From Eledone cirrhosa (Eukaryota): DNA of 64,000 nucleotides. Below, in pieces: positions 13,088 through 25,851 of this stretch. Position 1 is the stretch's first letter; each line of letters begins with the position of its first letter. Where the stretch lies: positions 262,756,001 to 262,820,000 of the forward strand of contig OZ024740.1 of the NCBI GenBank assembly GCA_964016885.1. Reading direction: 5' to 3'. The notes below the pieces were generated by a model, which worked only from the letters and a program-made list of their open reading frames with translations, was not told where the DNA came from and ran no database searches. The translations under genes and the position numbers were made by a program.

Positions 13088-13350
13088 ATGTATGTATGTA
13101 TGTATGTATGTATGTATGTATGTATGTATGTATGTATGTATGTATGTAGGTAGGTATGTATGTATGTATGTATGTATGTATGTATGTATGTATGTATGTA
13201 TGTATGTATGTATGTATGTATGTATGTATGCATGTATGTATGCATGTGTGTGAGTGTGTATGTATGTTCTTACGTATGTATGGATGAATGGATGTTCGTT
13301 TGCACGTATGTATATATCTGTATATGTATGTACGTAAGTATGTATGTATG
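13088..13350. repeat. (TATG)n microsatellite
   Basis: Directly visible. Confidence 0.9.
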
Positions 13351-13359
13351 TACGCTGCT

Positions 13360-13655
13360 GTTACATTTCCAGACAGCAAAGGTCCTCCCATTGCGCTGAC
13401 ATGCAACGTCTGCGCAATAATCTGCCTCAGCAAAGCTGGACTCAATAGTCATCTTCAGAGTTAAAAAGTGAGACCAGTGGTTGAGTACCAGGCCGCTGGC
13501 GGAGCTGCTACTCATCATACCTGTCAGACATGTGGAAAAGAGTGTCGATCAGCAGGAGGGCTCAAACAACATGTAAAAGTACATGACGACCAACCACAGT
13601 CGGCTATTGCCATTAAATGTTTTTATCATGTTTGCCACATTCGATCGCAGCACTG
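13360..13655 (+). mobile_element. RTE-like LINE C-terminal C2H2 zinc-finger remnant
   Basis: TCNVCAIICLSKAGLNSHLQS* and HTCQTCGKECRSAGGLKQHVKVH; same style as the 9290-9642 fragment. Confidence 0.5.
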
Positions 13656-14773
13656 TTAATTATTAATATATATGTGTGTGTGTATGTGTGTCTGTGTGTG
13701 TGTGTGTGTGCATGTGTGTGTGTGTGTGTGCTTGTGTGTGTATTTTTTTATATTGTGCAATGGGTCCATACTCGACAACGAGGGGGAAGCCATCATGTAC
13801 GTGTATATGTGTATGTGTGTGTGTGTGAGGGGGGGGGGGGGTGTATGGGTGAGAATGTGTGTGTATAAGAATGTATGTGTTAATTTATACAAATCGAAGT
13901 AATACACTCATAACAATGCAGAAACAGAATACTAAAATGGGATTGGTGTAACGAAAACGATTTGAAGGAAATCTATGAATATGAAAGTCTAATACATTTT
14001 TTCTATTATATAAAGAAAACTAAAACAAGTGCATAGATGAAAAACAATTGTGTAGGTATATTTCTATATGATTTGTCTTAGTTAACTTTAATACACTATC
14101 TATACAACTTTATGTATATCTGTTTGCGTCTGTGAAGACATGCCATACAAGCGTTCAAAGACATATAGAGACATAAACCCAAACACACATGCACAAACAC
14201 AAACACCCCAGCCTTTCTATATATATTTCTGCATATATTTCCATACATTCGTTTCTCTACATTCTACAATGAGATTAAATTTGACTTCGGCAGATTTCAT
14301 TATTGTCTTGCCATATGTATTACATACATGACAGAGTGGGAAAAGAAAACCGATAAAGAATGCAAAATAATATATAATTATTCTACACAACCAGAAAAAC
14401 AGGAGAGAAATAGCAATACAGAACCGGGGGCCATTTTGATTATACAATGTAAGTATTTGAACCCAGAAATTATTTCCGCCATGTGTTTTAGGAACAAAGT
14501 AAATAATAAAATAAATTGAAAATTCTCCATAAATCAGCAGGATGTTCTTTATGCATTGCTTGGCTTGTGAAATTATTAGGTCAAATCTCCGTCTCTAAGT
14601 ATGTAGATGCTATTATTTCCTTACATATTTTACATCAATAGACAATTAATATCGCCTAAAAAGGAAACTAAAGAAACTACAGAAAGGATTACTTTCATCC
14701 CCAAACCAAAGAAAATTCATACCAAGTTCGGCCAGGAAAATGTGTTGCTATAAATATTTCCCCCTCTGTCCAC

Positions 14774-14807
<34 letters not shown>

Positions 14808-14815
<8 letters not shown>

Positions 14816-15043
14816 TAAACGGATTAGAGCAAACATCACGGACGCTCTATCTCAAAATTATTTTTGAAAAGCATTAGAAATGCGCAACCTGTAAAACTTA
14901 AAACCAAAACTGAATACTAACCAATACTATTACTAATTCTCACTTATTCCTAATTAAACTATTTTTCACTGTGAACAATTTGTCAGCATTTTCTTTTCCG
15001 TTTACCAATATATCATAACTTGTGTGTTACACCTCTATTCTTT

Positions 15044-15048
<5 letters not shown>
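14808..15048 (+). mobile_element. Mini PLE-type element with short terminal inversion and a degenerate HHR
   Basis: ATATTGGTAAACGGA (to 14823) is inverted as TCCGTTTACCAATAT (from 14997), followed by a ~35-bp tail, with (TA)n flanks. HHR-like sequence at 14861-14896. Confidence 0.55.
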
Positions 15049-15120
<72 letters not shown>

Positions 15121-15188
15121 AAAAAAGATGAAATCGAAAATGGAACTGGAGTCTTATTTTTTTTTAAATATATATATTTATTTTATTC

Positions 15189-15224
15189 CTTTACCGGTTT
15201 CGCAGTTCTTCTGCTTTTCAAAAG
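15189..15224 (-). ncRNA. Hammerhead ribozyme motif (U3-A8 variant) in the inverted pseudo-LTR
   Basis: Reverse complement of 17463-17498 with an identical core. Confidence 0.7.
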
Positions 15225-15439
15225 TTGAGTTGTGTTGGAGGGTCTGTGGTTTTTCTCACATCTGGTTGATCTTTGAACGTTACTTGTTTTATATAGAAAA
15301 AAGTGGCTCGACACGCCAGGTTTTTAGAGAAGTAATTTGATTGGTTGGTGAATAAGTATAATAAATTTCGTGCCAGTTCGCGTTACAAAGTTCTTCAAAC
15401 AAAGGGGGGGGGGGGGCTCAAGTTGTTTTTTCATATAAA

Positions 15440-16611
15440 GCCGCTCCAACTTATGCCAACTTAGTCATGGCATACTTAGAAGTCCAGATATATGAACAGT
15501 CCAAATCAAAATACGGATTGAACTTCCACAAATATTTATCAGAGAATTGGAAACGCTACTTGGATGATTGTCTCATGCTTTGGCCCCACACACTCACCCA
15601 ACTGAATGATTTCAAAAATTTAATTAACGGCATCAATAACCACATCCAATTCACAATGGAATACAGCCAAGATAAACTCACATTTCTGGACAACTTAATC
15701 TTTAAAAAATACACAAATATTGAAATTGACATACACTACACACCAACAGATTCTAAACAATACCTGCTATTCACCTCCACCCATCCAAAGCACACGAAGA
15801 CGAACATTCCTTTTAACCTAGCAAGAAGAATTTGCACAATTGTCTCCAATTATGAAACGCGAAATAAAAGACTTCAAGAATTAAGGAAATTCTACTCGAA
15901 AGACAGTACCCACCAGTACTAATAAATAATGGAATAGAAAGTGCTAAAGCATTAGGCATTGATGAATTACGAAAACAGAAACAAATTCAAGCTACGTCCA
16001 ATATTCTATCATTTATCTTAACACACAACCCAAAAAATGCGGAAGCTTACAACACTATTCACAAGAACATCCCACTATTGCAACAAGACCCAAGAATGAA
16101 AAAAGCCCTTGAAACAGATAAAATAATCAAAAGCAAAAGACAACAGAAATCACTAAAAACATTACTTACCAATGCCAAATTACCTACCACAAACCCACAA
16201 CCAACTGTCAAAAAATGTGCTCGCTCTAATTGTGGAACCTGCACTCACCTCATTGAAGGCAACACGTATACATTTCAATCGGGACAAAATTTTGCTGTAA
16301 AAAATGACTTCACTTGCTTATCAAAAAATCTAGTTTATGGCATTAAATGTAAAGGATGCAATGAAGATTATATAGGACAAACTAAACTCACACTCAGAAA
16401 CAGAATGACAGTTCATCGCCAACAATTACGAGATCCAACAACGAGACAGATACCACTAAGTGCACATCTAGACATATGCGCAAGTAATAAGACACCCAAA
16501 TTCCAAGTCTTCTCATTTTACCTTTTCGCTGACAATACAACAGAACAAATACGAATAAATAAGGAAAATATGTTTATTCAAAAATATAGACCAGCATTAA
16601 ATATAGTTTAA
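15440..16611 (+). pseudogene. Penelope-like RT (C-terminal part) plus GIY-YIG endonuclease, frameshifted near 15890
   Basis: APTYANLVM, WKRYLDDC, FTMEY, FLD, HP.HTK.NIPF.LARRI, C..CGTC and VYGIKCKGC.EDYIGQT motifs. Confidence 0.9.
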
Positions 16612-17462
16612 TATACATTATGTCAACAACATAACATGCTAACCATCCAAACAGACACATACATACACACATAACCCCCCACACACACAACTCCCTCCCC
16701 CATTTCTACTAATAGAATCACTTTCCTACACACATACACACACACAAAATATATATATTCTCTCCATCTTAACATACTCCCACACACACAAACACACATA
16801 ACACCCATACATACACACAACTCCCTCCCCCATTTCTACTAATATAATCATCTTCCTACACACACTCACTCACACACACACACACACAAATAAACATACA
16901 TATCTCTACTTTATTTCAATAGAAAATCTGAATTCTGACATCCCAGCGAACCAACCATATTCACTGAACCAGAACAATTCTCCCCATCCCATTCCTCTTC
17001 ACCATTATCTTTTGTTTGTCATACAATTCTCTAAAAGGCTACAAAATAAATTCCCAAATACGGGCGCGAATATTTATTTAACTTGTTCACGTGACTATCA
17101 TAATTTCATTTATAACCAATCAAATTACATTTATTAAAAAAAAGCCTTCGTGAGCCCCGTTTTTTAAAGTAAAAAGAAATTCAAACAAACTGGCGCGAAA
17201 GCTGAAGTGCTTATTCACGTGACTGCATCAACTAACCAAACTTCACTCATATATGAAAAACAACCTGAGCCCCCCCCCCCCCCTTTGTTTGAAGAACTTT
17301 GTAACGCGAACTGGCACGAAATTTATTATACTTATTCTCCAACCAATCAAATTACTTCTCTAAAAACCTAGCGTTTCGAGCCACTTTTTTCTATATAAAA
17401 CAAGTAACAGTCAAAGACCAACCAGATGTGAGAAAAACCACAGACCCTCCATCTCAACTCTA

Positions 17463-17498
17463 CTTTTGAAAAGCAGAAGAACTGCGAAACCGGTAAAG
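17463..17498 (+). ncRNA. Minimal hammerhead ribozyme motif with TTGAAAA (U3-A8) core
   Basis: CTT-TTGAAAA-GCAG aagaa CTGC-GAAA-CCGG-TA-AAG, with palindromic stem III and GTA cleavage triplet. It lies in the PLE pseudo-LTR, where HHRs are expected. Confidence 0.75.
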
Positions 17499-17631
17499 GA
17501 ACCAAATAAATATATATATTTAAAAAAAAAATAAGACTCCAGGTGCATTTTCGATTTCATCTTTCTTCCTTATACTTTCACTCGTGTAGGACACATCGGT
17601 TATTTTTCATTTTGTAAAAAAAAAAACCCAC

Positions 17632-17669
<38 letters not shown>

Positions 17670-19189
17670 TGTATACCGCTGTCTAAGATAAATTTGGCTC
17701 TAATTAATTGATTATTTATTTTATTAATTTCTCTCTCTTAAGACTTATAATTATAATTATATATATATATATACATATATATATATACCGTTGATTTTTG
17801 GAAGTAATATATCATTGATGGCTAGTTTGTATTACTTCCAAAACAACAAGGATGACGGATTATATTAATAAAAAGGAAAATGCTAAGTTGAAGATGTTGG
17901 GTCCTTTATTAATATTTCAAGGACGATAGATATCGTGATTTCTTCAGACAGCAAAAATTGATTAAAAGGTAACAATTCCGAGGCAATATATATATCTAAA
18001 TATATATCTATATATATCTATATATGTATATATCTATATATATATCTATATATATATATCTATATATATCTATATATATATTTATATATATATATATATA
18101 TATAGATATAGATATATATATAGATATATAGATAGATATTTATAGATATATAGATATATAGATATATATGTATATATAAATATATATATATAACGTATGT
18201 GCACTTTAAAGTTCTCTTGGCAGTAAAACTGTTGCAGTGTCGGATGACCATCTAGCAGTAACATGCAAAGAGCAGTGCAGAGGATGGGATGGTACCGGTT
18301 GAGAGAACTGAACCTGTTTCATGCAGGTTTCTCAATCAATATGGCTACTGGTTACAGCGCCCACCCAAAATATGGGGCCAGTTTCCCGTTCAGACAAAAA
18401 ATGCTCTACACGTGAATTTGATGCCCATACAATGATGGATTTAGCTTGGATATCATTAAACCTTCTGCACTCTACAACATTCTTGCTCTACAAAATTCCT
18501 GCATGACCATACTTGCTAGTCTATATAACATCTATTTAGTGGCTAGGTGGTCGGGAGATACGTTTAAAGAAGCTATAACACGTGCTCATAAACGCAGCTG
18601 AAGGTGAAACACAAACAATAGCAGACCTGTGTCACTGGAATTACACGATAATCACACGCAGATGAAGAATAAACGGCATCCATTCCGGAAGATGTCTAAT
18701 ATCGTTTTTCCTACAAGTAAACTAAATTCTGAAGAATTTGCTCTTTTTATCAAACGTAGATTATGTATACCTTGATTTAGTCAAGTCAACTCTGGAATCT
18801 TAAAAGAAAAAAAACACCAGCATGTGAAACATTGACATAACAAGATTTCCTTAAAAAGCGCAATAAAAATGTCGCAGACAACGAAGCTCTATTCAACAAA
18901 TTTGTGGTGAGAAGTAAAGTATTACATGGCATCGCGCGAAATCCTCAATAACATTTTCGACGTTTTAAATTGCTATCTTTCAGTTAATTCTTTGTAATTC
19001 TCCTCTTTCTATGTTTTCTCATTCTCTTTCAGATGAATGAAATGACATTGGAGACGTTAAAGACACTTCTATTCTATTTGCTTGAAGCAGTAAACTAATA
19101 GCATTATCGTTATATTTCTATGTCACTTTTAGATTATATATGTGCGTACGTGTTAAGATATATATATATAATCTAATACCAACCCCCAT

Positions 19190-19227
<38 letters not shown>

Positions 19228-19410
19228 GTTACAACACACAATTGTGTTGTAAGTTGTAGTTTGACGTATCTAAAGATAAAATTATAATGTATTGTGTTGT
19301 TTTTCCTCACCAAGACTTTACTATATAATGTATTTTCATAAATCTAAATCCTGACGTATGAAAGGTGGATGTTTATTTGCTTCGTAAACAACAACAATAA
19401 TAAACATAAT

Positions 19411-19600
19411 AATTGTTTCTACTTTAAACAGAAGGCCAGCAACTTTGGAGAGACGAATTCGATTAAATCGGTCCAGTAAGAATGAAAGGCAAAGCTAACC
19501 TCGGCAGTATTTGAACTCAACTCAGAACGTAAAGAACCGTCGTAATTCTATACAGTGAAGTATTGTGTCCGACGCTCTAACGATGCTGCCAATTCAACGC
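19411..19600 (-). mobile_element. Meta-like tRNA SINE
   Basis: TTGTTTCTACTT end, GAATGAAAGGCAAAG and ATTTGAACTC on the + strand. Confidence 0.7.
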
Positions 19601-19616
19601 CCTCTGCTGCAGACGA

Positions 19617-19810
19617 CATGTCGGACAACATGCTTAGCAGCATAGAGTTACGGCCTTTTACGTTCTCAGTTTAAATTCCGCCGAGGTTAACGTTGCCTTT
19701 CATCCTTACAGGGTCGATAAAATAAAGCAACAGTAATGCACTGGGGTCGATTTAATCGACCCCCGCAAAAAACAAAATTATTGCTGGCATTGTGACTATA
19801 GTAGAGGTCA

Positions 19811-19881
<71 letters not shown>
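19617..19881 (+). mobile_element. Meta-like tRNA SINE (5'-truncated) with long (ATT)n tail
   Basis: GCCTTTCATCCTTACAGGGTCGATAAAATAAAG core and (ATT)n at ~19812-19881. Confidence 0.75.
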
Positions 19882-19884
<3 letters not shown>

Positions 19885-19889
19885 ATTTA

Positions 19890-20083
19890 TGGCAGTAGAT
19901 TGGCAGTATCGGTAGAGGGTTGGACGACATGCTTTCTAGCATAGTTACGTCCCTTTACGGTCTGAGTTCAAATCCCGTCGGAGTTAACTTTGCCTTTCAT
20001 CCTTACGGGGTCGATAAAATAAAGTACCAGTAATACACTGGAATAATTGCTGGCCTTGTGCCAAAAGTAGAAACAATTATTAT
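19890..20083 (+). mobile_element. Meta-like tRNA SINE, full length, with ATT tail
   Basis: A and B boxes, core, and AGTAGAAACAATTATTATT end. Confidence 0.8.
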
Positions 20084-21739
20084 TAATATTTACTCAATTA
20101 TTTAACAACATTAATAATAATAAAATTTTCACAAGGAAGATAGATACACTACCAAAGTAAATAACAAATATAACACATTTTCATAAAACTGTTAAATAAA
20201 CGGTCACGAAAGCACAAATAAAATAGTATGAAAGATATTGATGGAAAAACAAGTTCTCAGGTCAAATAATGGAGATTCACAGTATAAGGACAGCCTTAAA
20301 TATCGAAGGAAAGATTTATCTTCGATTTGTGTTCTCTGGCATTCAGTTGCAATGTTGAGAGCAAAGCCTATTCAACCCGGCGACAGTAGATGTTTTTCTC
20401 CCAATTTATTAAGGGAAGAGCAGCACCATCTTCTGTGGGCATACCTTTCTCTCCAAGTTGTACATAATGTGGAATTGAATAGGGAGTCAAGTATCTGAAT
20501 TCACTTCGTTTAATTTTGTTCCCTTAATATCTGTCAATAAACAGAGAAAAGTTACCTTCTGTTTGTGACCAATGGAAGGACTGGGACGATCTTTACAATG
20601 GAATCAACTGAATTAAAGCTACACATGACAGCAGCTGGCCAACCTATTCCAAGGCGTAAACAATGTTCGAATTTGCAGAAATACGTAAAAGCAGTCTCAT
20701 CGCTCACCGTCCACCTTAGACACGCCCAGCTGCCGGCGCTTCTGTTCTAATAATGTTTATCCGGATCTGGCAATAAAAGGTCAAATATTTCCGACAATGC
20801 CAGGCTTTTGGAACTGGATTGAAAATGTACAGGTTTAGATTTTTCAAATGGTCTTCGATGGCGACCAATGTCACTCTACCATCATAATGACCTCATTCTA
20901 GACTTAAACGTAGCGTCTATAGAATGCAAGAATTGACATACTACTGACTACATTGCCCGACTATTAGAGACTTGCGAGCACCTGATACCAGACCAGATTT
21001 TGTACGCCCAATTTTGCTATATATGTGTTCCATAACTACAGCCCAGTCACAATGATGAACTGTAAGGGAATGCGTGAGAAACCGCGGGTACATAATCGCA
21101 ATTCAATATTGTATAAAGATATCGCTGCCTCGATGTATGTGAAAGCACCGTCAGTCATGACATTGAATGTTTCGTTCAATAGATATTGGCAGCAGAGGAA
21201 CCGTCTGAGTCGCATCTGTACAACAACCAAATGAGTAGTTTATATACTGATCAGATATAAAGCACAGCCCAAAGTTTTATATAACAAAAAATGTGATACA
21301 GGCTGTGACGATCTATTCATGACCTGTCAGTGATAGCTTTCTGTCACCCGATTAGGCTTCAAATTTGACTATCTAGGCGTAACCTTGACCCAGTTTCTAT
21401 AAACATGTATGCATGAACAGATATAAAACCTAAGCACGCCAAAAGGTGTCAAGCTTCGAATCCACCGTCTTCCTGCTTCCTTCTTGTATTTTCTCAGTTA
21501 GATGTGAATCGCTTCGATTCCAATAACTCAAACAGTATAACAATGACGTCGTCGGTATTTGTTACAAAGTCTTTGCTATGTCTCCATTTGAGCAACAGCC
21601 GGAGATTCAAAACATACAGGAGCGATAAAGCTGGAAAGCCTTGCCTTAACCAACTTAACGTGGTTTTCGAAACCGTTCTGCTTAAGACCATTTACATAGA
21701 ATCCTATTTAGCCTCTAAAATTTAAAGTCATGTCAAATC

Positions 21740-22065
21740 ACCGTAGGCCCCCATCGGACACGAATGACCATGGTCTTGCACCTGGAAAGTTCAGCTCCGA
21801 CGCAGAAGCCTGGGCAAGGTGATTTCGTGGAAGACCAGCTGTCACCCATGCATGCCAGTCCTCCCACTCTATGCCACTGATGTTCTCCAAGGTAATGGCC
21901 GATATAACTTGGCATTAGTGATGTCCCAACTCATTTCTACAGCTGCGTGAACTGGAGCAACACGAAATAAAATGTTTGGCTCAAGAACACGATACAGCTG
22001 GGTTTCGAACTCATGACCTCATGATTGTAAGCCCATCGCTCAAACTACTAACCCTTTGCGCCTCC
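21740..22065 (-). mobile_element. tRNA-derived SINE (CORE/V-type)
   Basis: GGGTTTCGAACTC B box (reverse) and GAAATAAAATGTTTGGCTCAAGAACAC body (reverse). Confidence 0.65.
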
Positions 22066-22776
22066 ACCCGGGAAAATGGATAAGTAGTGATTTTCACAAC
22101 TGCAGCACATGTCAATAGGAAATAGCTGTGCCTGTCATCCTTTCTCCCTGGAAAGGTCTTGGTTCTTGACCTTCTTACGGTCAAAAATTATGATTATATA
22201 TAAACATTCAGAAAATAGTATTTATATATTAAAAATAAAAGAAAAACTAAGAGCGAAAACTCTTCCCCTTACTGCTACCATTCTTTGTTCAACCTCAAGA
22301 GAACCTGATGTCATGTTTCCTCAATAACATCGACGAAAACAGAGAATTTTATAGAAGGCATATAATATTTAAGGGCCTTGAATATATGCGGTCTTTTATT
22401 AACCGGGTTTGATGCGGTACCAGCTAGCCAGCTAAAGGTCGGTCCCACAGTAGTGTGATCAGCGTTCTCTAGGAGACTGCTGATCGTATAAATGAACGTT
22501 AGAAGATATTGAGCTCTACAGAAGGCATTCACAATATAATTGTATTACATTATCACATTTTATTACAAACTAGAACTAGATAGAAGACTTTCTCATAAAA
22601 TACAGAATATCTCTGTTATTTAATACATTACATTTTCTTGTATCGTCAACAAACAAACATGGAATATGCCTCAAACCAAACTTCCGGGGATTTTTAGCAC
22701 TAACTCGAGAAATCTGTTTACAAGTACTTTTTCTCAGACATTTTTTTCTAATAATTTCATTGTTAAGTTACAAGTA

Positions 22777-22829
<53 letters not shown>

Positions 22830-22831
22830 TA

Positions 22832-22908
<77 letters not shown>

Positions 22909-23181
22909 GAAATTTTCAGTCGATATACTTGTCTGTTATGTGAAAGTGTTTGTATCGCATATCAGTCTCTTTCTGTGGTTTTACGACTATTTGATTAACA
23001 CATAACAGACGCGTACAAACATATATAATTGTGGAGAGTGTGTTCACCCTGCCTCTCTCACTGATTTTGTTGCCCGACGGATGTAGTTTCCATCACTGAC
23101 AGGGTCGCTATTTCTCTTTCTTTGTATCTATCTATCTATCTATCGATCTATCTATCTATCTATATATCTATCCCCCCCTCG

Positions 23182-23251
<70 letters not shown>

Positions 23252-23684
23252 ACACATGCATACGTAGCTATTCACACACACTCATATATATGTATATATA
23301 TATTTATATATATATATAAATGAGTGTGTGCGTATTTGTGTATATATATATATATATATATGTATATATAATTGTCTGTGTGTGCGTGTATATATGAGTC
23401 TGTGTATATGTTCAAGTGTGATTGTATAAATGCTTTGTCAAATTTCTTTTTGCTCTTGTAAATATTTGCTTCCGTTTACCATCGTTTTCATTTAGACAGA
23501 CTAAAGAAGACATTGTGTTCTTATTTGCCGCTTCTTATTGCAACCGGATATAGTGCCGTAAGACAAACTACAATGCTACTATGATAAACTTCATACAAAG
23601 CCGGTTAAGACATAAGAGCTTCTAGGACTAACATAAAAGCAATGTTATACATACATACACATACATACGTACACATACATACGT

Positions 23685-23725
<41 letters not shown>

Positions 23726-23837
23726 GATAAGTATGTATGTATATTTATATATATATATGTATATTTTATATATATATGATATATATATATTTATACATAA
23801 TATTCCTCCTCCCTCTCTCTATATATATATCTCTCCC

Positions 23838-23890
<53 letters not shown>

Positions 23891-24169
23891 GTATATATAT
23901 ATATGTATATATCATATCTTTCTTGAGTTCTTTTCTTTTGGTTTTGCATATATATATGCACAACCAAAAGAAAAGAAAAACTCAAGAAAGCTATAGATAG
24001 AAATCTTGTTATCGAGAGAAAGTTTATGCTGGCAAAATCCTAACATCAATATTTCTGGCGGGAAATGTTCGGCAATATTTTCTTTTTAGCTGTTTTCAGA
24101 TGTTTACTTTCACTTGCCTGCTTCTCTTTGAAGAAGTAGTGATGAGTTTATATATATTTATATGTACGG

Positions 24170-24251
<82 letters not shown>

Positions 24252-24343
24252 GGAGAGGGAAGGAGAGAGAGAGTGTTATATAGATATTGATGTTCTAGTT
24301 TCTTTTATTCTTGATTTATATATGTATAAATATATATATATAT

Positions 24344-24395
<52 letters not shown>

Positions 24396-24561
24396 GTATA
24401 TATATATATATATATATACATCTATGTATGCGCGTTTAGTGTGTTTGTACGTTTCTAACTCCATAAGTATATATGCATATATTTATGCATAGGGCTTTTT
24501 TCATTTCTGTCTGTGAGGTTAGCTTATGTTAGTTCTTCCATATATATGTATATATATATGT

Positions 24562-24638
<77 letters not shown>

Positions 24639-25258
24639 CATATATATATAGTATATATATATATATATCAGGTATAGTATATATTATATCAAAATTATTT
24701 TGTTTCAGATATATCTATAAGCCATGTGTTTATATCTCGTTTGTATTGATTTTGTAACTCGTTATAGAGAGGATAACTACTTCTACAAGGAAATTCTGTT
24801 GTTGCAAGGAGAGTTTTTCGTGAATATAGATCGGTTTTCGTTAGTATATATTTCAGTTCTTGAAAGGATCAATGTATACAAATATATTATACTATGATTG
24901 GTCTGTACCTTTCTGAACTAACAAACAATACACAGATCCAAGGGATGAAAATAATTTCGCGAAAACCATGTGAAGGTGTCGGATTGATACTATGGGCCCA
25001 AATACACTGCAATGTCGTCAAACTCTTCGAAATATTTGTAATAGGAAATTTCCGAATTGATGTAAAATCGCATTTTTGCATACTTATACTTCAGTGAATG
25101 TAATCCGCCTTCACAACCTAGTGATATCTGGGAGGATTCAGGATGTTGAGTGCTTACCTCAGGATACTTCACGATCTACCAGTTACAATACCCTCACTGG
25201 TCATTTACCTGCATATAATGTAATATAATATAATATGATATTATATATATATATATAT

Positions 25259-25462
25259 ATAGGAACGAGTAGGACCCCGACGGCTGAGCTCAAGCCGTTT
25301 CGACGATTAATTCTGGACGCTAATTCTGTCCAGAATTAGCCGTCGAAACGGCTTGAGCTCAGCCGTCGGGGTCCTACTCGTTCCTATTACCCATTCTACT
25401 ACCCTAAGTATTCAGTACTTTGGTGCGTTATGGTCCACCTGGTTCCTTAACACATTTCCTTC
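25259..25462 (+). mobile_element. Fold-back PLE-type element containing the 3' half of a hammerhead ribozyme
   Basis: Inverted repeat 25259-25318 / 25328-25387; GAAA-CGGCT tgagctc AGCCG-TC at 25345-25367; ~75-bp tail; (TA)n flanks. Confidence 0.65.
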
Positions 25463-25463
25463 G

Positions 25464-25500
<37 letters not shown>

Positions 25501-25535
25501 CTGCATCTATTCTGACTTTTACACACACACGAATG

Positions 25536-25598
<63 letters not shown>

Positions 25599-25640
25599 AT
25601 TTATATATATATATATATATATATATGTTGATATATATAT

Positions 25641-25797
25641 ATGTTGATTTAAAACTGCACTATCCACAAGTGTTTTTTAGCCTTCATATCATGTTCTGTT
25701 TTATCTGATGAAAACACAAATATTATTGCATGATGATGTTTGTTTTTGAAATGCGCATAATAAAATACATGGAACTCCTTTAACCATATTTTGATGT

Positions 25798-25800
<3 letters not shown>
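25641..25800 (+). mobile_element. Third copy of the 1956-2293 arm, with HHR at 25697-25767
   Basis: Near-identical to 2125-2290. CTGATGA at 25705-11, GAAA at 25748-51, then TGCGCA-TA-ATAAAATA. Confidence 0.8.

Positions 25801-25848
<48 letters not shown>

Positions 25849-25851
<3 letters not shown>

Larger units (their letters stand above)
15114..17640 (+). mobile_element. Penelope-like element, 5'-truncated, with inverted pseudo-LTRs
   Basis: ~325-bp inverted repeats at 15114-15437 and 17250-17574, a 3' tail to ~17640, RT plus GIY-YIG coding sequence between them, and (TA)n on both sides. Confidence 0.92.

Noticed and set aside
17905-17952. Minus-strand CTGAAGA-hairpin-GAAA
   Set aside because: Stem II is partly present but stem I does not pair; at best a decayed HHR.
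19025-19063. TCTTT-CAGATGA-ATG..CAT-TGGAG-ACGT-TA-AAGA, HHR-like
   Set aside because: Both core boxes are mutated. It is probably a fossil HHR but cannot be supported as a feature.
20500-21720. Higher-complexity, coding-like sequence
   Set aside because: No recognisable motif and many stops; possibly an ancient TE remnant.
23914-23994. Short imperfect palindrome centred on a TA run
   Set aside because: It resembles the fold-back class, but I found no HHR or defined tail.
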